The position numbers and the translations under genes were made by a program. A model generated the notes under the pieces. It did no database searches, had not been told where the DNA came from, and was given only the letters and a program-made list of their open reading frames with translations. From positions 1-35,884 of the forward strand of contig CAJNYD010000380.1 in the NCBI GenBank assembly GCA_905331295.1: DNA of 35,884 nucleotides, in the 5' to 3' direction. The DNA comes from Rotaria socialis (taxonomy: Eukaryota). Of this stretch, positions 10,133 through 23,968 are shown one piece after another; within the stretch, counting starts at the first letter, position 1, and every line of letters starts with the position of its first letter.

Positions 10133-13100
10133 TTATGAATGAGGAGAAATTGCTCGTTGTGGATATGCTTTATATAGAGCATGTTTTGCTAAAACAAAAA
10201 TAAAAATTCCATATAAATCATTTGCAATCTTCGCCAAAAAAAAAACAACCTAACTAATATTAAGCAAAACAAAAAATAGTCTTCATTACCAACGAACTAG
10301 ATTTTCTAATTAGCTAACCTGAGGTTGATTATTAAAAAGCTTTAAAAGAAAAAATATTATTCTAATTAGTACATAGTTTAGTAGTGGTTAATCATTTCTA
10401 ATAGAATAACTAATAATCCACTGACCTGCAATTTGACGAGTTTTTTCTTTTGTTTCTTCAGCAAGTCTTGATTGTATATTTAAAGCCTAGAAATAATAAA
10501 TATCAATTAATATTATTCAACATGCCAGGAAAATTTCTCGATACAAATTAGGATTAATGGTTCACCGAGACGTATCAAAACCAACATTTGTCCTAATGAT
10601 GGGAAATTTCCGTATACAAAATCACGGTATTTTGTTTATCAATAGGATTTTGTTTAAAGAAAAAAGAATACCAACAGCTTTATCAGTAAAAAAATTATGG
10701 TCAATATAGCACTGACTGCTGATCTTCAGACGTAAAGCTAGTCAAATATGGAGTTACTATTGAAACTTCTTCTACACAATTACTAATCACACGAGCAGGC
10801 TTATAGTACAGTGTAGTAAACATATCTTCAAAAAAACATTGCTTGATGAAACACGTATCAAACAGCAGAGCCATTGAGTACCGAGATCATGACTCCAATG
10901 TTTTATCGCAAACGATTCATTGTTTATCGTGGGGCTAAATGTCGTGAGGAAAAAAACATCCGCTGGAATTGAAAGCATTTCAAGCACTTAAGTAACCTTG
11001 GGACCTATCAGTGGGCAAAATTTCAGATCAAAAATTGATAAGACTGTTTTTCATGAATTTCGTATTTAAAAGAAATAAATAAAACAATCATCACAATATT
11101 AAATATTTTTTTATATATAAAAGGAAGAGAGCCCTTATTGAAATCATAGTGTTTGATTGCACACTAAAATCGTTTGCGACGGTCTATTGGTGGATTTCAA
11201 ATTTTTTATCCTATATATTTTAGTATTTCTTCTTGAGTTTTTTATACAAAAATTCATGATAAGATGCAAAAACCAAGATGTTTCTCTCGCTACATACTCG
11301 TTCCTGTTCTTTGTCGAATTTTCTTTGATTTAAATACGATCGGATATGGCCATCGTCAAAATCTTGCTCGTTCATTATTTGCAAACTAAACAGTACAATG
11401 AAAATTAAGTCTACAAAAAAAAAGTTTATTTACTTTTGTTTTGAAACTACTTTTCGTGATTCGTCTCTTCTCTTCAGTTTTCCTATACGCTCATGCATTG
11501 CTAATACTTGATCATCGCTATCAAAATCAACGTATCGATGATCGGGTATGTCGACTCTATTTGGTTTGAGTATCTTCGAAAAATAAAAATCCATGTTTAA
11601 CGAATGACAATATTCACACAAAAAAGGTTTACCTCGGTATTCATATCAAAATTTATTTTTCTTTCATGCAACGATGGTGTTTGAGGATTTGGCTTAAGAA
11701 TACTCTAGAATAATATTTAAAAAAACCAATGAATATAAATCTTCGTGACTATTTTTCTATTTACATTTGGTTGAGATTTATTATCACGCTTAGCAGATTT
11801 AACTGTTGCGAGACGTGCTATCGTACCAGCATTATTATTATTATTACTATTTCCATTTGCATGTATATTGCTTTTCTTTGGTGATGTTCGTTGATCTTCA
11901 CGATTCTTCAAAAGAAAAAAATATTATTTTTATTCTATTGCAAATAAAAAAACTAATTTACTAAGTAACGAGTAGACTCTTCAGAATCCAAAACACGAGA
12001 CAACGAAGCAGATCTTGTCTCTAGAAATAAAAAAATATAAAAATTTTATTTTAGCATTTCTAGCAAAATACTTTTAATTGGTAGATCACCATTTGTATTT
12101 CCATCTGAAGAAATAAAATCAACAATTAAAGAGAATAAAACAAAGATAATTTACTTCGATCGTATTCTTGTAAACGAGATTCCTGAATAAAATAATCCTC
12201 ATTTTTATATAGAAAAAAACAAATTTCAATGTTCTACCTTTATTTTCAATCCATCTAAATCATTTTCTTCATAGGGACGCCAATGGTTACGATTTGATGA
12301 TCCATTTTTTGAAGGTACTATTCCTAAACCAAATTCAATATGTAAGAAAACAAGGAATCAATATGAACTTTCTTTTACCATCATCAATCGATGGAATTGT
12401 ATTTGTATAGGATAAAATATATTTTTCCAAAGAACGTAAATTCATTACCACTTCAGCTAATTGCTATTTAAAAAGATTCAATCAATTAATACGGCCGGTT
12501 TTGAATAGAAAATATCTACCTGGCTAACATGTGATATATAACTATCAGTTGTAGCCGTTTGTTCTCGTAGCAAAGGTAAAACATTTTCAACACGATTTTG
12601 TTCATTTCGCGAATAGATTTGACGATTCCATTGAAGTAATGCTGTCAAATCGTTTAATAAAGACTAAAGAAAAAATAATGATTTATTGGCTGTAAATGGA
12701 AGAGTACTGTTTTTTTTAGATCAAACTTGATCTCAATTCTATTGAAACAGTCTGAACATTGCAAAACAATATGTGGTCAGAAAGCAGATAATCTATTCCG
12801 ATAAAATTTGATCGGAAAAAGTTTTTTAAAGAAATTTCGAGTACGTCTGAAGAAATCCTACGTAACTTCATCTATTCTTTCCAAGGATAAAACTCTGTAA
12901 TTTATTTCTCACAATTGGTGTGCAAGATGTTTCCATTTGCATCCATTTTCTTTTTATGGTCCTATTGAAAATAGCTCTTTCATTCAACGAAAACTATTAA
13001 ATAGAAGACAGTGACACTGAAAAGCAATGCAAACAAAAAGAAATTAGAAACATTTATAATTCATCGTCTATGATGAGATTAACTATTAGTCCGCCATGAC

Positions 13101-14869
13101 AAAACTAGCACCTATTTATGGCAAAGCTTTCGATTTGATAAAGTACGCACTTGATGTTGAAGTAATGTTGAAAGTTCCTCTTGAAGTTGGACAGCTTTAG
13201 TATAAAGATTATAAATATAATAATCTTCTTAACAATAAGTGTAATTTACCTAATTTATCGTCATGCAATACTCGATCAATATCAGCCTTTAGTATAAAAT
13301 CAATCATTGTAAGAAGAAAAGAAAATTTCTCTTTCGAAAACACTTACACGTATAGATAAATCAGTCTCGTCAAGATCTTTTTGTGTATTCAATGTTTGTA
13401 TTAAATTATTTAAATTTGAACGACGTTGTAAAAATGTTGTCTATAATAAATAATTGATTGGAGAGAAAAAGAATTTAATTTTAATTTTTTTTACAAACCT
13501 CATTCTTTATTGTTGACCATTCGAATGACGAGATATTTTTAAGTAGATTTTGAAGATACGCTAATTTTTCTTCCCATACTGGTTTTAATTTTTCTAGCTG
13601 ATCAGAAATCTTTCGACAGTGATTTATGAATATAGACTGAGATGATTGGCTGATCGATGCAAAAACAAAAAGAAGATGATAGTAAAATTTTATCTCGAAA
13701 TTATTTTTCTACTTTATTCTTAAAAATTTATTTCCATTAAATAATTGATTAGTTATACGTTCATAATATGTTTGTAGATGATAAAGTAATTCAATGTATC
13801 GTTTAACAACACGTGCTGATTTAATTGTTGATTCATGCTAATTGAAGAACAATTAATTATAAAAACGAAAATTAGCAAACTACGATATTTACGAAGTCGT
13901 GTTCTAAGTATTGACTTTCACTCATATTTGACATGGCGGATATTGGCCGAGTGGATGAAGCTAAAAGAAAATTTGTTTTCTTTGCTTTTTTTTACGAAGT
14001 GTTCACTTTATAATATTTACCTATTTGACGACTCGATGACTGTGAAGAATTCAACTAAGAATCAGAAAGAAAAATTGTAATCAGAAAGAAAACAATGATA
14101 CATACTCCATTTTTTCTATTGATTACGTTTGGCGATTGACAGCCATTTCGTTGATCTCTAGAAATAGGAAAGCTCGAGTAGCCCAAAAAAATATTTACGC
14201 TCTCTGAAAACTCAAACAAACCTTTGTAACATTCGATTTTGCCAAGCAATAAGTTCTTGTTCTGCTTGTGTTTTTCGATGATTATTTGAACTTACGGGAG
14301 ATTGATTCGTCGGTGCAACTTCTTGTGGATATAAATCATCCGTGGGATAGTAATTTTGCTCTTTCATTCGATTCGGTCCGAGAACAAGACGATCAACAGC
14401 AGCAAATTCGTTTCCGTTACGATGTCTAGTTAATGTCGGTGTGCGCAATGGAAAATTTTGAGACGACAATGATGATGATATATCAACAAGACGTTCGTTG
14501 TAATCTTTCGTTGTTCTCGGCATTGTATGTTGATCATTGTTGCTATTATTGTTTGATGTAAATGGTAATAATGGCTGCCCATTTGTTGGGCGATTAACGT
14601 CAAAGCCCCATGAGCCTATCGTTGCTGGCGACAACTGATGAGTAAAATTATTGTTAATACTAAGAGATGAAGGAGGCGATGGCGATCGTATATGATACCA
14701 ATGTTTTTCATCATCATCATCGTCGTCGTCGTCGTCATCGTCATTTAGATTTGTAAAATGACTCACATCAGACACAATTGGCTTTCTTGATCTGTGATTA
14801 AAATAAATAAATAAATATACAATAGACTAAAATGCTAATTCCAATGATGATCTACCTTCTTTGTGTCAT
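10133..14869 (-). CDS. Uncharacterised protein of about 22 exons: disordered N-terminus, central helical/coiled-coil region, SILK and RVxF motifs, C-terminal helix
   Basis: Manual splicing with GT-AG introns gives one continuous frame: MTQRRSRKPIVSDV...EQELIAWQNRMLQR...HESTIKSARVVKRYIELLYHLQ...SLLNDLTALLQWNRQ...SILKPNPQTPSLHERKINFDMNTE...ALNIQSRLAEETKEKTRQIAAKHALYKAYPQRAISPHS*. Exon phases were consistent at the junctions checked. The family was not recognised. Confidence 0.8.
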
Positions 14870-16543
14870 CTTTGCATTCAAATAAAAATTCTTCCTCGTT
14901 TTTCTTTTATTTCTTGTCTTAACGTTACGCAGTCATCGACAAAGAGTAAATTTTCATATTCAAGTAAATGAAACAGATCGACTAGAAAAGAATGGCATTG
15001 ACGATGATGCAGCTACCGATCGTATCGAACGGCAGAAAAAGAAAAAAAAGAAGAAATTGAGAACGAAAAAAGAAAGAAGAATAGAACTTCAGTTCAATAT
15101 TTGATTACACAAATTGACACACAGACAATACAATAGTCGAAGCAGCTTTCTGTTCTCGATTTCTGTTGCGCTCAAATGAAGAAAGACATCAAATGCGAAT
15201 GTATAAAAAAAATAGAATTATGTACATATTTTAAAACATCAGTCTATCGTATAAATATTACAGCATAGAAGTCAACTGGAAGAAGAATAAAAATGAATCA
15301 TTGTTTTGTTGTATTAGTCTAAAACATGTTTTTCATAGTGAGTCAAATGTCGTTCACTTGATATTTATTTACAAATATAATAAATCAGAAGTTTATTCAT
15401 TTACTTAAAAATGAAGTAAAAAAAGAAATATATAGAAGACATCAACGTGCCGTCGATAAGTATAATAATAGTAATATGCAAATGTTTGGCTTCCCTTTTC
15501 TCTTTTATTTTGAATATGATTACTACCTGTGGTCTAATTAGGTAAATCCTAAACTAAACATAATTAGATTTCTAACATTGAAAATCAAACGTCTGAAAAC
15601 GCATAAAAGTCACTTGTACAAGTTGAAATGCATAAACCTTGAAAAGGTCGATGTCACAGATGGTTTGAATTTGTTATCTCTAATGATAAATAGGTTATCT
15701 ATTTATAGCCAGATCTAATGTTCATTTTGACCTATGTATTAAAGAACAAAAAAAAATGTAAATCTTCTTTTGTGCTCAATTAAATCTGATTGTTGTATCT
15801 AGCTCGAATTTCCTTTCATAGTCTTATCGATATTAAATCTTTTGATGTCAATAGAAGCGAAACACAAATTTTCATAATGAAAACATTCGTATTTTCAATC
15901 AAAATATATTGTGATGATTAAACTTAGCTTATCGAAATTGTACAATAAGAAAAACCATTCAATCATTAGATCAAAAATCGCTTTATTCATGTAATGTTTC
16001 TCAAAAATTTATTCTCATTAATAATCGTTCTTCTGTCTGACATTCATATAGTACTTGTCACTTTATCAATCGACTTCTATATACATTACATGAGCAGTCG
16101 CTTTCTTTTTCTTTCAAAAAATTATATCGATGCCCACGCAAGCAGAACATATCGTAAGGATATAATATAATACTTACATAAGAAAAATTCATGGACAAAT
16201 CGGCTTAGAAGTAACGTCTACTTGATAGTTGACAATGTATACTTTTTCAAAAATCATCTTTTATGATAAATTTGCGTATACGTGTGGATATCGTCTGTAT
16301 TTGTTACACCAAACATATATATTTTATGTGCGACCCAAAAAGAAAAGAAACATGGAAAAAATACAGATGCCTAAACATATCAGTTCTACATGTAATTTTT
16401 GAAATTTTCTTTGCCTATACGTTATAACATATAGCAAGAAAAACAGTTAAATCGTTTCTATCTAAGATATGTACATGAAAAATTGAATTATTGCAAACGA
16501 AATAAGAGAAAAAAAATAGACAGAAATCTAGAAGTTATTTGAT

Positions 16544-19500
16544 TTAATTTTTCGCTGCTAATTTTGATGGTGGTCTGCCCCGTGTTTTTCGTGCCGGTGG
16601 TGATGGAGATGATGAAATCGATGATGCTGATGCTGAACGTAATTGAGGTTTTTCATATGGAAAATTTATGCGAGATCGAGTTGAACCATTCGTTATGTTT
16701 TTTCGTAATTTTTTACCATTGATCAATGATGCAGCTAAATGAAGTAAAAAAATATGTATATACATACAATGAGAAACTTTAGGCTGATAAAGAACAATCA
16801 CTAACTAATCAACGCCTATTGATTAGTCTTTTCTGTTTACCGATACTATGGCAAAGAGAATCGTAAGAGGACAAGGTCTATGAGTCTTATTATTGTTTGA
16901 TGACTGTTTTAATGAATTGCGGCTTGCTGAATTAAATATTGACAGAGCGGTCAGATTTCGATCTGAAATTTCATCCGAATGCATGTTTATTGCTCTTTCG
17001 AAGATCTAGATAGTTTCAGTTCTGATGAATTCACTTTCTTCGAAGAAACTATTTAGAATACGTATATGAATTCTATTATCAATTCGTTTTCATCTGATGA
17101 ATGGATGCTGATCACTGAGGCAACTATTTTAGTATGAAATGATTAGGCAAAAGCTCAGCTTAGATTTATTTGGAAGTACTTTTAATTGTCATTTTATTTT
17201 AATTATGACAAGAAAACTGCAAATCGCCTTAAACAGATTTATTTCTATCGAATGAAAAATAGAATGACGGTACCCGGTGAGAACTGATTATTTTACTTAC
17301 TTGAATTATTATCTTCATTTTCTGAAATAGAACGACTTGTTTTTCTCTTTTGCTGTTTTGCATTCGCCGAAGTTTTCCGCCGTTTATTTGGCAAATTTTG
17401 TTCTTTATCATCGTTTTCATTGTCGTCTCCTCCACTCGTTCGTTTTCTTCGTGTTATTTTCGGTGGCGATACTATTGTCGTATTTGAGGTTGTCGTTATA
17501 GTAGTATTATTATTATTGTTACTGCTATTATTTGCTTCTAAACTATTGATTATTGTTCGTTTACTTGCTAATGTATCACTAACTGTTGTTGTTGTTATAG
17601 GTTTGAGTTTAATTTTGAAATCTTTTGGTAGATAAGACAAATGATTGTAACGTGTCTTTTTGAAATACATTTCTGGCAATGGAACATTTGAACTCGCTCG
17701 ACATATCATTAATGATGATGCACGTTGTGATAAAATCACATACGCTAAATCAACAAGAACGTGCAGTTTTTTAATCGCATCTTTTCTTTCAATTTTTTCT
17801 TCTTTCTCCAATACAATTGTTGCATCTTCAGATGATTTTATCGAACGTAATAAACCTTTATAAAACAGACCGACTGTTGTATCACAACGTAATAATAGAG
17901 CATCAAATAAAAATAATATATAATCAGTCATTGTATGTAACATTTCAATATCATCGTATAAAATGAATGCTGGCGATTTCGATAGAAAAAATAGAAAATA
18001 TGTTAAAGAATATTCAGGATATAATTTATAATCAATTGGTTTATCGTTATTATTATTATCATTATTATTATTATCATCATCATCTTCATGGTTGTGATTG
18101 AAACCATTTGTATGCTGAGGATGATTATTTGCTGTTGTATGAGCTGTTTTATATGATAATTGAAGTTTAATATGTTCACGGCGCGTATCAATTATTTGTA
18201 ACATTAAACGACGAATTTGTTCACGATGTTCACGTTCAGGTTCTTTAGCTGCAAATGCTAATAACGCAAGTAACTCAATTGGACATGTAGGATCACGTAA
18301 ATGTTCAGCTAGTTTTCGATATGTGCGTTGCCGAACAATTGATGATGAGTCCTAAAAAGTTTAAACTATGGTTTAAAAAAACACAGCAAAATAAATAGTT
18401 TACTTACACGAAGGAGACTTATTATAATAAGAAAATCATCGGGCTTCATGCGTGAATAAAAATATGAATTGCATATTAATTTTAATAAACATGATAAACC
18501 ACAGAGACGAATAAAGATGATTTCACTTTCACTAAAATAAAATCAAGATGAATTTTTACATGGTCTCTCATCCTCGGAAAAAAACATCAGTGTCGTTTTC
18601 GTCTTTTAAAATATCGAAAATTCTATTCAACTTATAAAGAAAAATAAATGACAAAGATTTCGATCTAAAGAATGAATCGATTTTTTTAATATTTACCTCA
18701 TTTCACCTGTAAAATCTTGATCATTTCCCATACATTTTTTCATTAGTTTATATACAGTATTAAATAAGCCCGTTGAATTTTCCTGTAAACCTAATACAGC
18801 TCTTGTCATTGCTTTCACTAGCTCACGCTAGACAAGAAAAAAAGTAAAGTAAAAATTATTCATTAAAGAAAACACAATTACTTTGACACGAGCGTCAGCA
18901 CCAATTTCAGGATCACAATGGGGTTCATCGGGTAATAATGTAAAATTTCCATGAAAAAATGATGTTGTCATATTATCTTCATCGTCATTTGTTTTCTGTT
19001 TATCAACAATATGCTTTGATATATTCGAAAGTATTCGTTTTCCCATATCACCAATACTAATTGGAGAAATTTCAATCATATGACCAACTAGAACAAGACG
19101 TGTTATAAATTGATCACTATCAAATTGATCATATTGTGTATCCTAGAGAAATTTAACAGTTGAAAAAAGACAATCTCAAACTATAGATTTTTATTTTACA
19201 TCAATAAGTTTTTGAAGAAGTTCATCTCTGGTATTTGGGTTTAGCGCGCATAAACAATAAAGTGCACGTTTTGCAATAGGAGGATGGAGAGTTAAATAAG
19301 TTGACAGTTCAGAATTCAGAAGACTAAATTAGTGAAGCGGAAAAATAATTTTTGTTTTTGGGAATGTTTTTATGGAATACATACGTCATCATATTGGTTT
19401 GATTTAATTTTATAATTGATGGTGCACATACTTCAATAGTACGAATAAGTATGGGTGCTAATAAATCGAAACAAAAAGATTCGTTTTCAATAAGAATGAT

Positions 19501-22500
19501 ATGAGAAAAAAACCAAACCTAATTCAAGCACACGTTGTTTCAATAAATTACATAGTAATTCAAGAGATTCCGGACAATCGAAGATAAATGGATGTTGAAT
19601 AAATACCTGAAGAATATTAGAAAAATAAATGCAAATCAGTGTTTTTTTTCTCAGCGAGCACCCCTCATAAAACGTGTTAGAATGCACCATCCGAAATAGA
19701 TCGTACGATATTCGTCAGACGCTTCGTAGTTTTCATGAATTATTTTAATTAAACATCAAGGGACAAGACATAGAACCCGAAAAGATTATTTTTCTATACA
19801 TAAATATTTCGTTTTTCGATTGGGTTTGTTGTTATGACCTTCAGGAAATGGCAGATCTGATCTTACAGTATTATATAATAAAGTGAAAGCATACATACTT
19901 TTAACAATTGATTGATATTTTCATAATAGGATGCTGGTTGTTCAGGTTCTACAAAAGGAAAAATCCTATATAGGTTTTTATTCAATTTTCCTATTTGATT
20001 TTTTACCATTCGAAACTCTTTCAAATATTAATTTCAGTAATTTGCTAACTGTTTCTTGATCAAATAGAAGTGTTGAGATTTTTTCAAACATCGTTTTTAT
20101 TAATCCACACATTTTGGTGTATTGTCCATGACCATTATTTTCTACTATTGTTGCTGTAATTGTCTGATCGTCCGTTGTATTGGCTGGAAAACGTTTTTGT
20201 TCTTTAGCTGCTTCTTCTAATAGCATTTGTCCGATGCCATTCTAAGCAGAAAACATAAAAATACATAGACATTGAAATTTATTTTTCATACAGCTAAAGC
20301 ATAAACTTCTTTTGATTTAATTCCATCAGACATGGCTTGTTTGAATATTGACAATATACTTGATTCTTTATTAATCGTTAATGATTGTTTATGATTTTTA
20401 ATTGCATAGACAGCTAGTGCTTTAAGAACAGATTCATTTTTATCTGGATTTGGTAAACAACCTAATAAAAAACCAATAATAAAAATGCAGTGAGAAGAAC
20501 TTGACTTACGTAAGGCAATAATATGAATGTGACTAACAAGTTTCAATTCGATTAATTGTTTGTCATCATTCGATATATTTGAATCAGCCATTTGCAGGCA
20601 AAAATCAATTAATTTTACTAATTGCCGACGAAATCTGTGGTTGCAACGAAAAAAAAGGACAAAATAATGTTCATTGTTTCAATATAAATTGATACATACA
20701 AGAATTTGCTTTGAATGATTTCTCGAATTGCACTAAAAAAATCGATTCAGCTTTATTTACATATTCAATAAAACTCTAGATTATAAGCGTATTGTCTCTG
20801 TCCATCTGCATAGACGTTCATCAATATCTGTACTAAATTCCTCCAATAGGCAACTAAATTCAAATCAAAAACTAGCTTAAAAAGAATATAACGATTTCTT
20901 ATTATTGCACTACAGATTTGTCTCATTCCAAAAGTTTTTTTAATAAGCTGAAACAAAACAAAAAATATATAACTACTAACCGTTGAGCATTATCATCTAC
21001 ATTTGAGTACAACGTCAATAAAACTCGTACTTTATCGTCTGTATTCACATCCCACGGCATTAGATAGAATGTTAAAATTCGTTCTGCTAATAACCTAAAA
21101 TATGCGTAAAAATTCTGTCGGCTAGTTCGAACGAACACAAAGTAATCTCACTTGTCTTGCGTAGTTTTTTGATAATATAAATGAATAATACAATTGGCAA
21201 CCCATGTTAATTGTTTTTGTACATCATTGGACCAATTGTCATTAGCACATTCTTTCTTATACACATGTCCGAGATAGTCAAGTGCTTCTTTACGAACTTC
21301 CCACTAGAAGGAAGAAAAAAAGGTTCTTTCGAAAGCCATAAATCTCTCATTGAAACGCTTGATTTACAATTTTATCGCGTGCACGTTCACATAAAATTTG
21401 TTTAATTTTGTCACTGATATCCAATAGACTCGAGTTTGTTATGGCACGTATTTGTGCCATAAGTTGTGATCGTATATTTTGATCTGTTGAAAGACTTAAT
21501 CGAACCATGACATCTAATGATGGAAAAGAAAATAATAATTTGCAATCAAAACTATTATCAATATTTAACCTTCAAGATCAGCTCGTAATTCTGGATGATT
21601 AACAAAGTAACTTTTAAGATGTTTGATACAAGTTGATTGAATTTCAGATGTACCATTCTTAAATCTAAATAATACCCAGTTAACCTACGATCTTTTTGTG
21701 GAACTCACATATGCACACTTTTTAGCCTTATTGAATCATGTCAACGAGAAAAATCACTAATACAGAATATTTTGATAAAGAAATGTCAGGCTTCTTGTCA
21801 ATCCTGGACTTTCTGCTTGCTCGACAACTTCGGAAAATTAGTAGTAAACCTGTGTGAGTTTCATCAAAAAGATTACTGATAGACATACTGGTCAAGGAAT
21901 GTATTCCACAAAGTTTTATGTCGTTGTGCAAAATCATTATTTGGTGCACTTGTTACATAAGCAACTATTTTAGCTGCATCACGACGATGTTTTTCATTCG
22001 ATACCTGAAAGATGATTTTTCAAAAAAGAAATATGTGTTTGTCAGTTGTCTTACTGTTAATCGATGTTCAATCGTGGGAATAAGTTCGTCAACAATCGAC
22101 TCAGATATATGACATAATTCATCGAATACATAATAAATTTTACTATGCAATTGTAATGATTCTGTATCTTCTGTTATTAAGACAGTTTTGAAATACTTTA
22201 AAAACAATATGATATGATTAGACATGAAAAATCGTTAAAGAAATCTTACTTCAGCGATTGCTGGTTTTAGACACGATTCACCACGACGAATGATTGATTC
22301 TACTAGTTCATAACATTCTTCACGCAATTTCTAAAGAGAAGCGGGGGAAAATCGCTTTTAGTTATTCACGCATTAAAACTAGTAAAGTTTGAATCGAACG
22401 AGATATGTGTATTAGATTTACATCTGGAGCTTGCACGAAAATCAGTTTCAGTTAGCATTTTGTTATTTTACCTTTTCCGGATCGATAATTCTCGCAAAAA

Positions 22501-23313
22501 GTAATTCTAATAATGAAAATGGTATTGATTCATATTCAGCCAAAATAACCGTCACAATATCAATCATTAAGTTTTTTAATTGATCCGTATGCTTTTTTCT
22601 ATTGAATAGACGAAATCATTATACACATGCAAGGTCATCATTAGATGACTTACTGTAAAGCATTGAATAAATTATTGAATACAACAGTACTGATTTGACA
22701 GCCACGATTATCTTCGAGATTAACAGCCGGTATAAATGATTGTACCATGCTTAAATTCTAAATGATTTTAGAACATTTTTGTAATCAATATGAAAAAAAT
22801 GAACGTTGATTGCTTTTTATTTACTTCTAGTAAATAATAACGTCGACTGAAGAGTGGATCATCAATTTTTTTCAATCCAAGTAATTGACGAGCAAGAAAA
22901 AGAAACATATTCTTTAAATGAACGGAAATGTATACTTTTATTCCGTAGAGAAAATTTTATTTACTAGTAGTTTTTCAGGTGGTGCATCAGGCAAATTTGG
23001 TGCCCAAATACGAATAAGATCTGCGAGACAAATAGCAACATATAATTGAACATCGGCACGTTCATGTGAATAAAAAAAATCGTCCAATAGTGTTTTATAG
23101 AATCCAGAAAAATAATGTCTTTTTTCATAGTTTTGTGGTAATAATTGTAAAAGTCGTTGATTTTTCTAAATTAATTCAAGAAAAATCAATCAAACAAAAG
23201 TTGCTGAATTGGTTTACTGTTAAATTATCAAGTAATTTATTTGTTGGTAAACTTGGACTAACACTTAAAATCTGCGATGGCAAAACTTCAGGTACTGTAC
23301 CAGACGATGCCAT
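16544..23313 (-). CDS. PDS5: Sister chromatid cohesion protein PDS5 (HEAT-repeat cohesin regulator), multi-exon
   Basis: Exons translate to recognisable PDS5 blocks: AICLADLIRIWAP, ARQLLGLKKIDDPLFSRRYYLLE, ILAEYESIPFSLLELLFARIIDP, ELIPTIEHRL, KTLWNTFL, DDKVRVLLTLYSNVDDNAQ, AKRALYCL, VRQRTYRKL and PEYSLTYFLFFLS. The low-complexity C-terminal tail has an AT-hook-like RKTRGRPP. Confidence 0.93.
16945..17117. repeat. Degenerate palindromic MITE-like repeat in the last PDS5 intron
   Basis: There is an internal stem tctagatagtttc/gaaactatttaga. The termini gagcggtcag and ctgatcactg are imperfectly inverted and no TSD was seen. Confidence 0.4.
21693..21870. mobile_element. Short element with the same subTIR as the Helentron-like family, inside a PDS5 intron (21665-21888)
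   Basis: It begins tttttgtggaactcacatatg and ends tgtgtgagtttcatcaaaaa, a degenerate inverted copy. It accounts for most of a 224-nt intron in a gene whose introns are mostly about 55-65 nt. Confidence 0.55.
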
Positions 23314-23462
23314 TTGTGGATATCTGAAAAAATGAGACTGTATTTAAACCGAACATAATAGAAAAAAAACTGCTTTGTTGCTATTATAGAGACTTTATGA
23401 TTGGTCACAACTGAAACTTAAATCCGATAGGTTGCGCTAACTTGTGATGAAATCGCTGTCAT

Positions 23463-23799
23463 CAGTGTTTCTAACAGCAAGAGTCCGCCTTTGTTACAAA
23501 GTGTCAAAGAACCTTGCAACATTGATTTGGCACTTTGTTTTACACTTTGCTCAAGAAAACAAAGTGTCAAGTTGACACTTGCGGAAAATTTTTTACACTT
23601 TCCTTTTTATTATATGTAACTTTAGAACTCCCTAATTAATTTTAGTCGAAATATTCTTCGTATACTGATATCTTCAAATTAATNACCTTGGAAACTTTGT
23701 GACACTTTGTTTAAAAAAAACAAAATGTCACTTTACACTGTAATGGCAAAAGTAAAATGTCATTTGACTTTTTGTTTTAGATTCCTATTAGAAACGCTG
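23463..23799. mobile_element. Non-autonomous hAT element (MITE)
   Basis: The TIRs cagtgtttctaacag and ctattagaaacgctg match at 13 of 15 positions. The 8-bp TSD gctgtcat is perfect (23455-23462 and 23800-23807). Subterminal caaagtgtca/gacactttg motifs are repeated and there is an N at 23684. Confidence 0.9.
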
Positions 23800-23959
23800 G
23801 CTGTCATATCTATTATTATATTATTTCAAGTTTCTTGAATCAACTCTTTAATTACAGAGAGTAACAATCAGGCGACTCAGAAATGTACTAGACTATTTAC
23901 ATTTTTGATATTTATCCTCTATATGACTTAATCGATTGAACCACATTGTTGTACCAAAA

Positions 23960-23968
23960 AAAATGGCG
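23960..23968. promoter_or_regulatory. YY1-like motif upstream of PDS5
   Basis: aaaatggcg matches the YY1 core (CGCCATTTT on the minus strand) about 650 nt upstream of the PDS5 ATG. This is a motif match only. Confidence 0.3.

Noticed and set aside
11184..11210. Alternative terminal exon DKKFEIHQ* of the unknown gene
   Set aside because: The acceptor lacks a pyrimidine tract, and the downstream exons at about 10486 and 10188 give a better model.
17006..17060. CTGATGA...GAAA inside a hairpin (possible type III hammerhead)
   Set aside because: There is no room for stem I and stem II is weak. A palindromic MITE explains it better.
17420..17863. Plus-strand ORFs overlapping PDS5, and similar shadow ORFs in the permease and receptor
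   Set aside because: They are antisense or alternate-frame shadows of real coding exons with no independent features.
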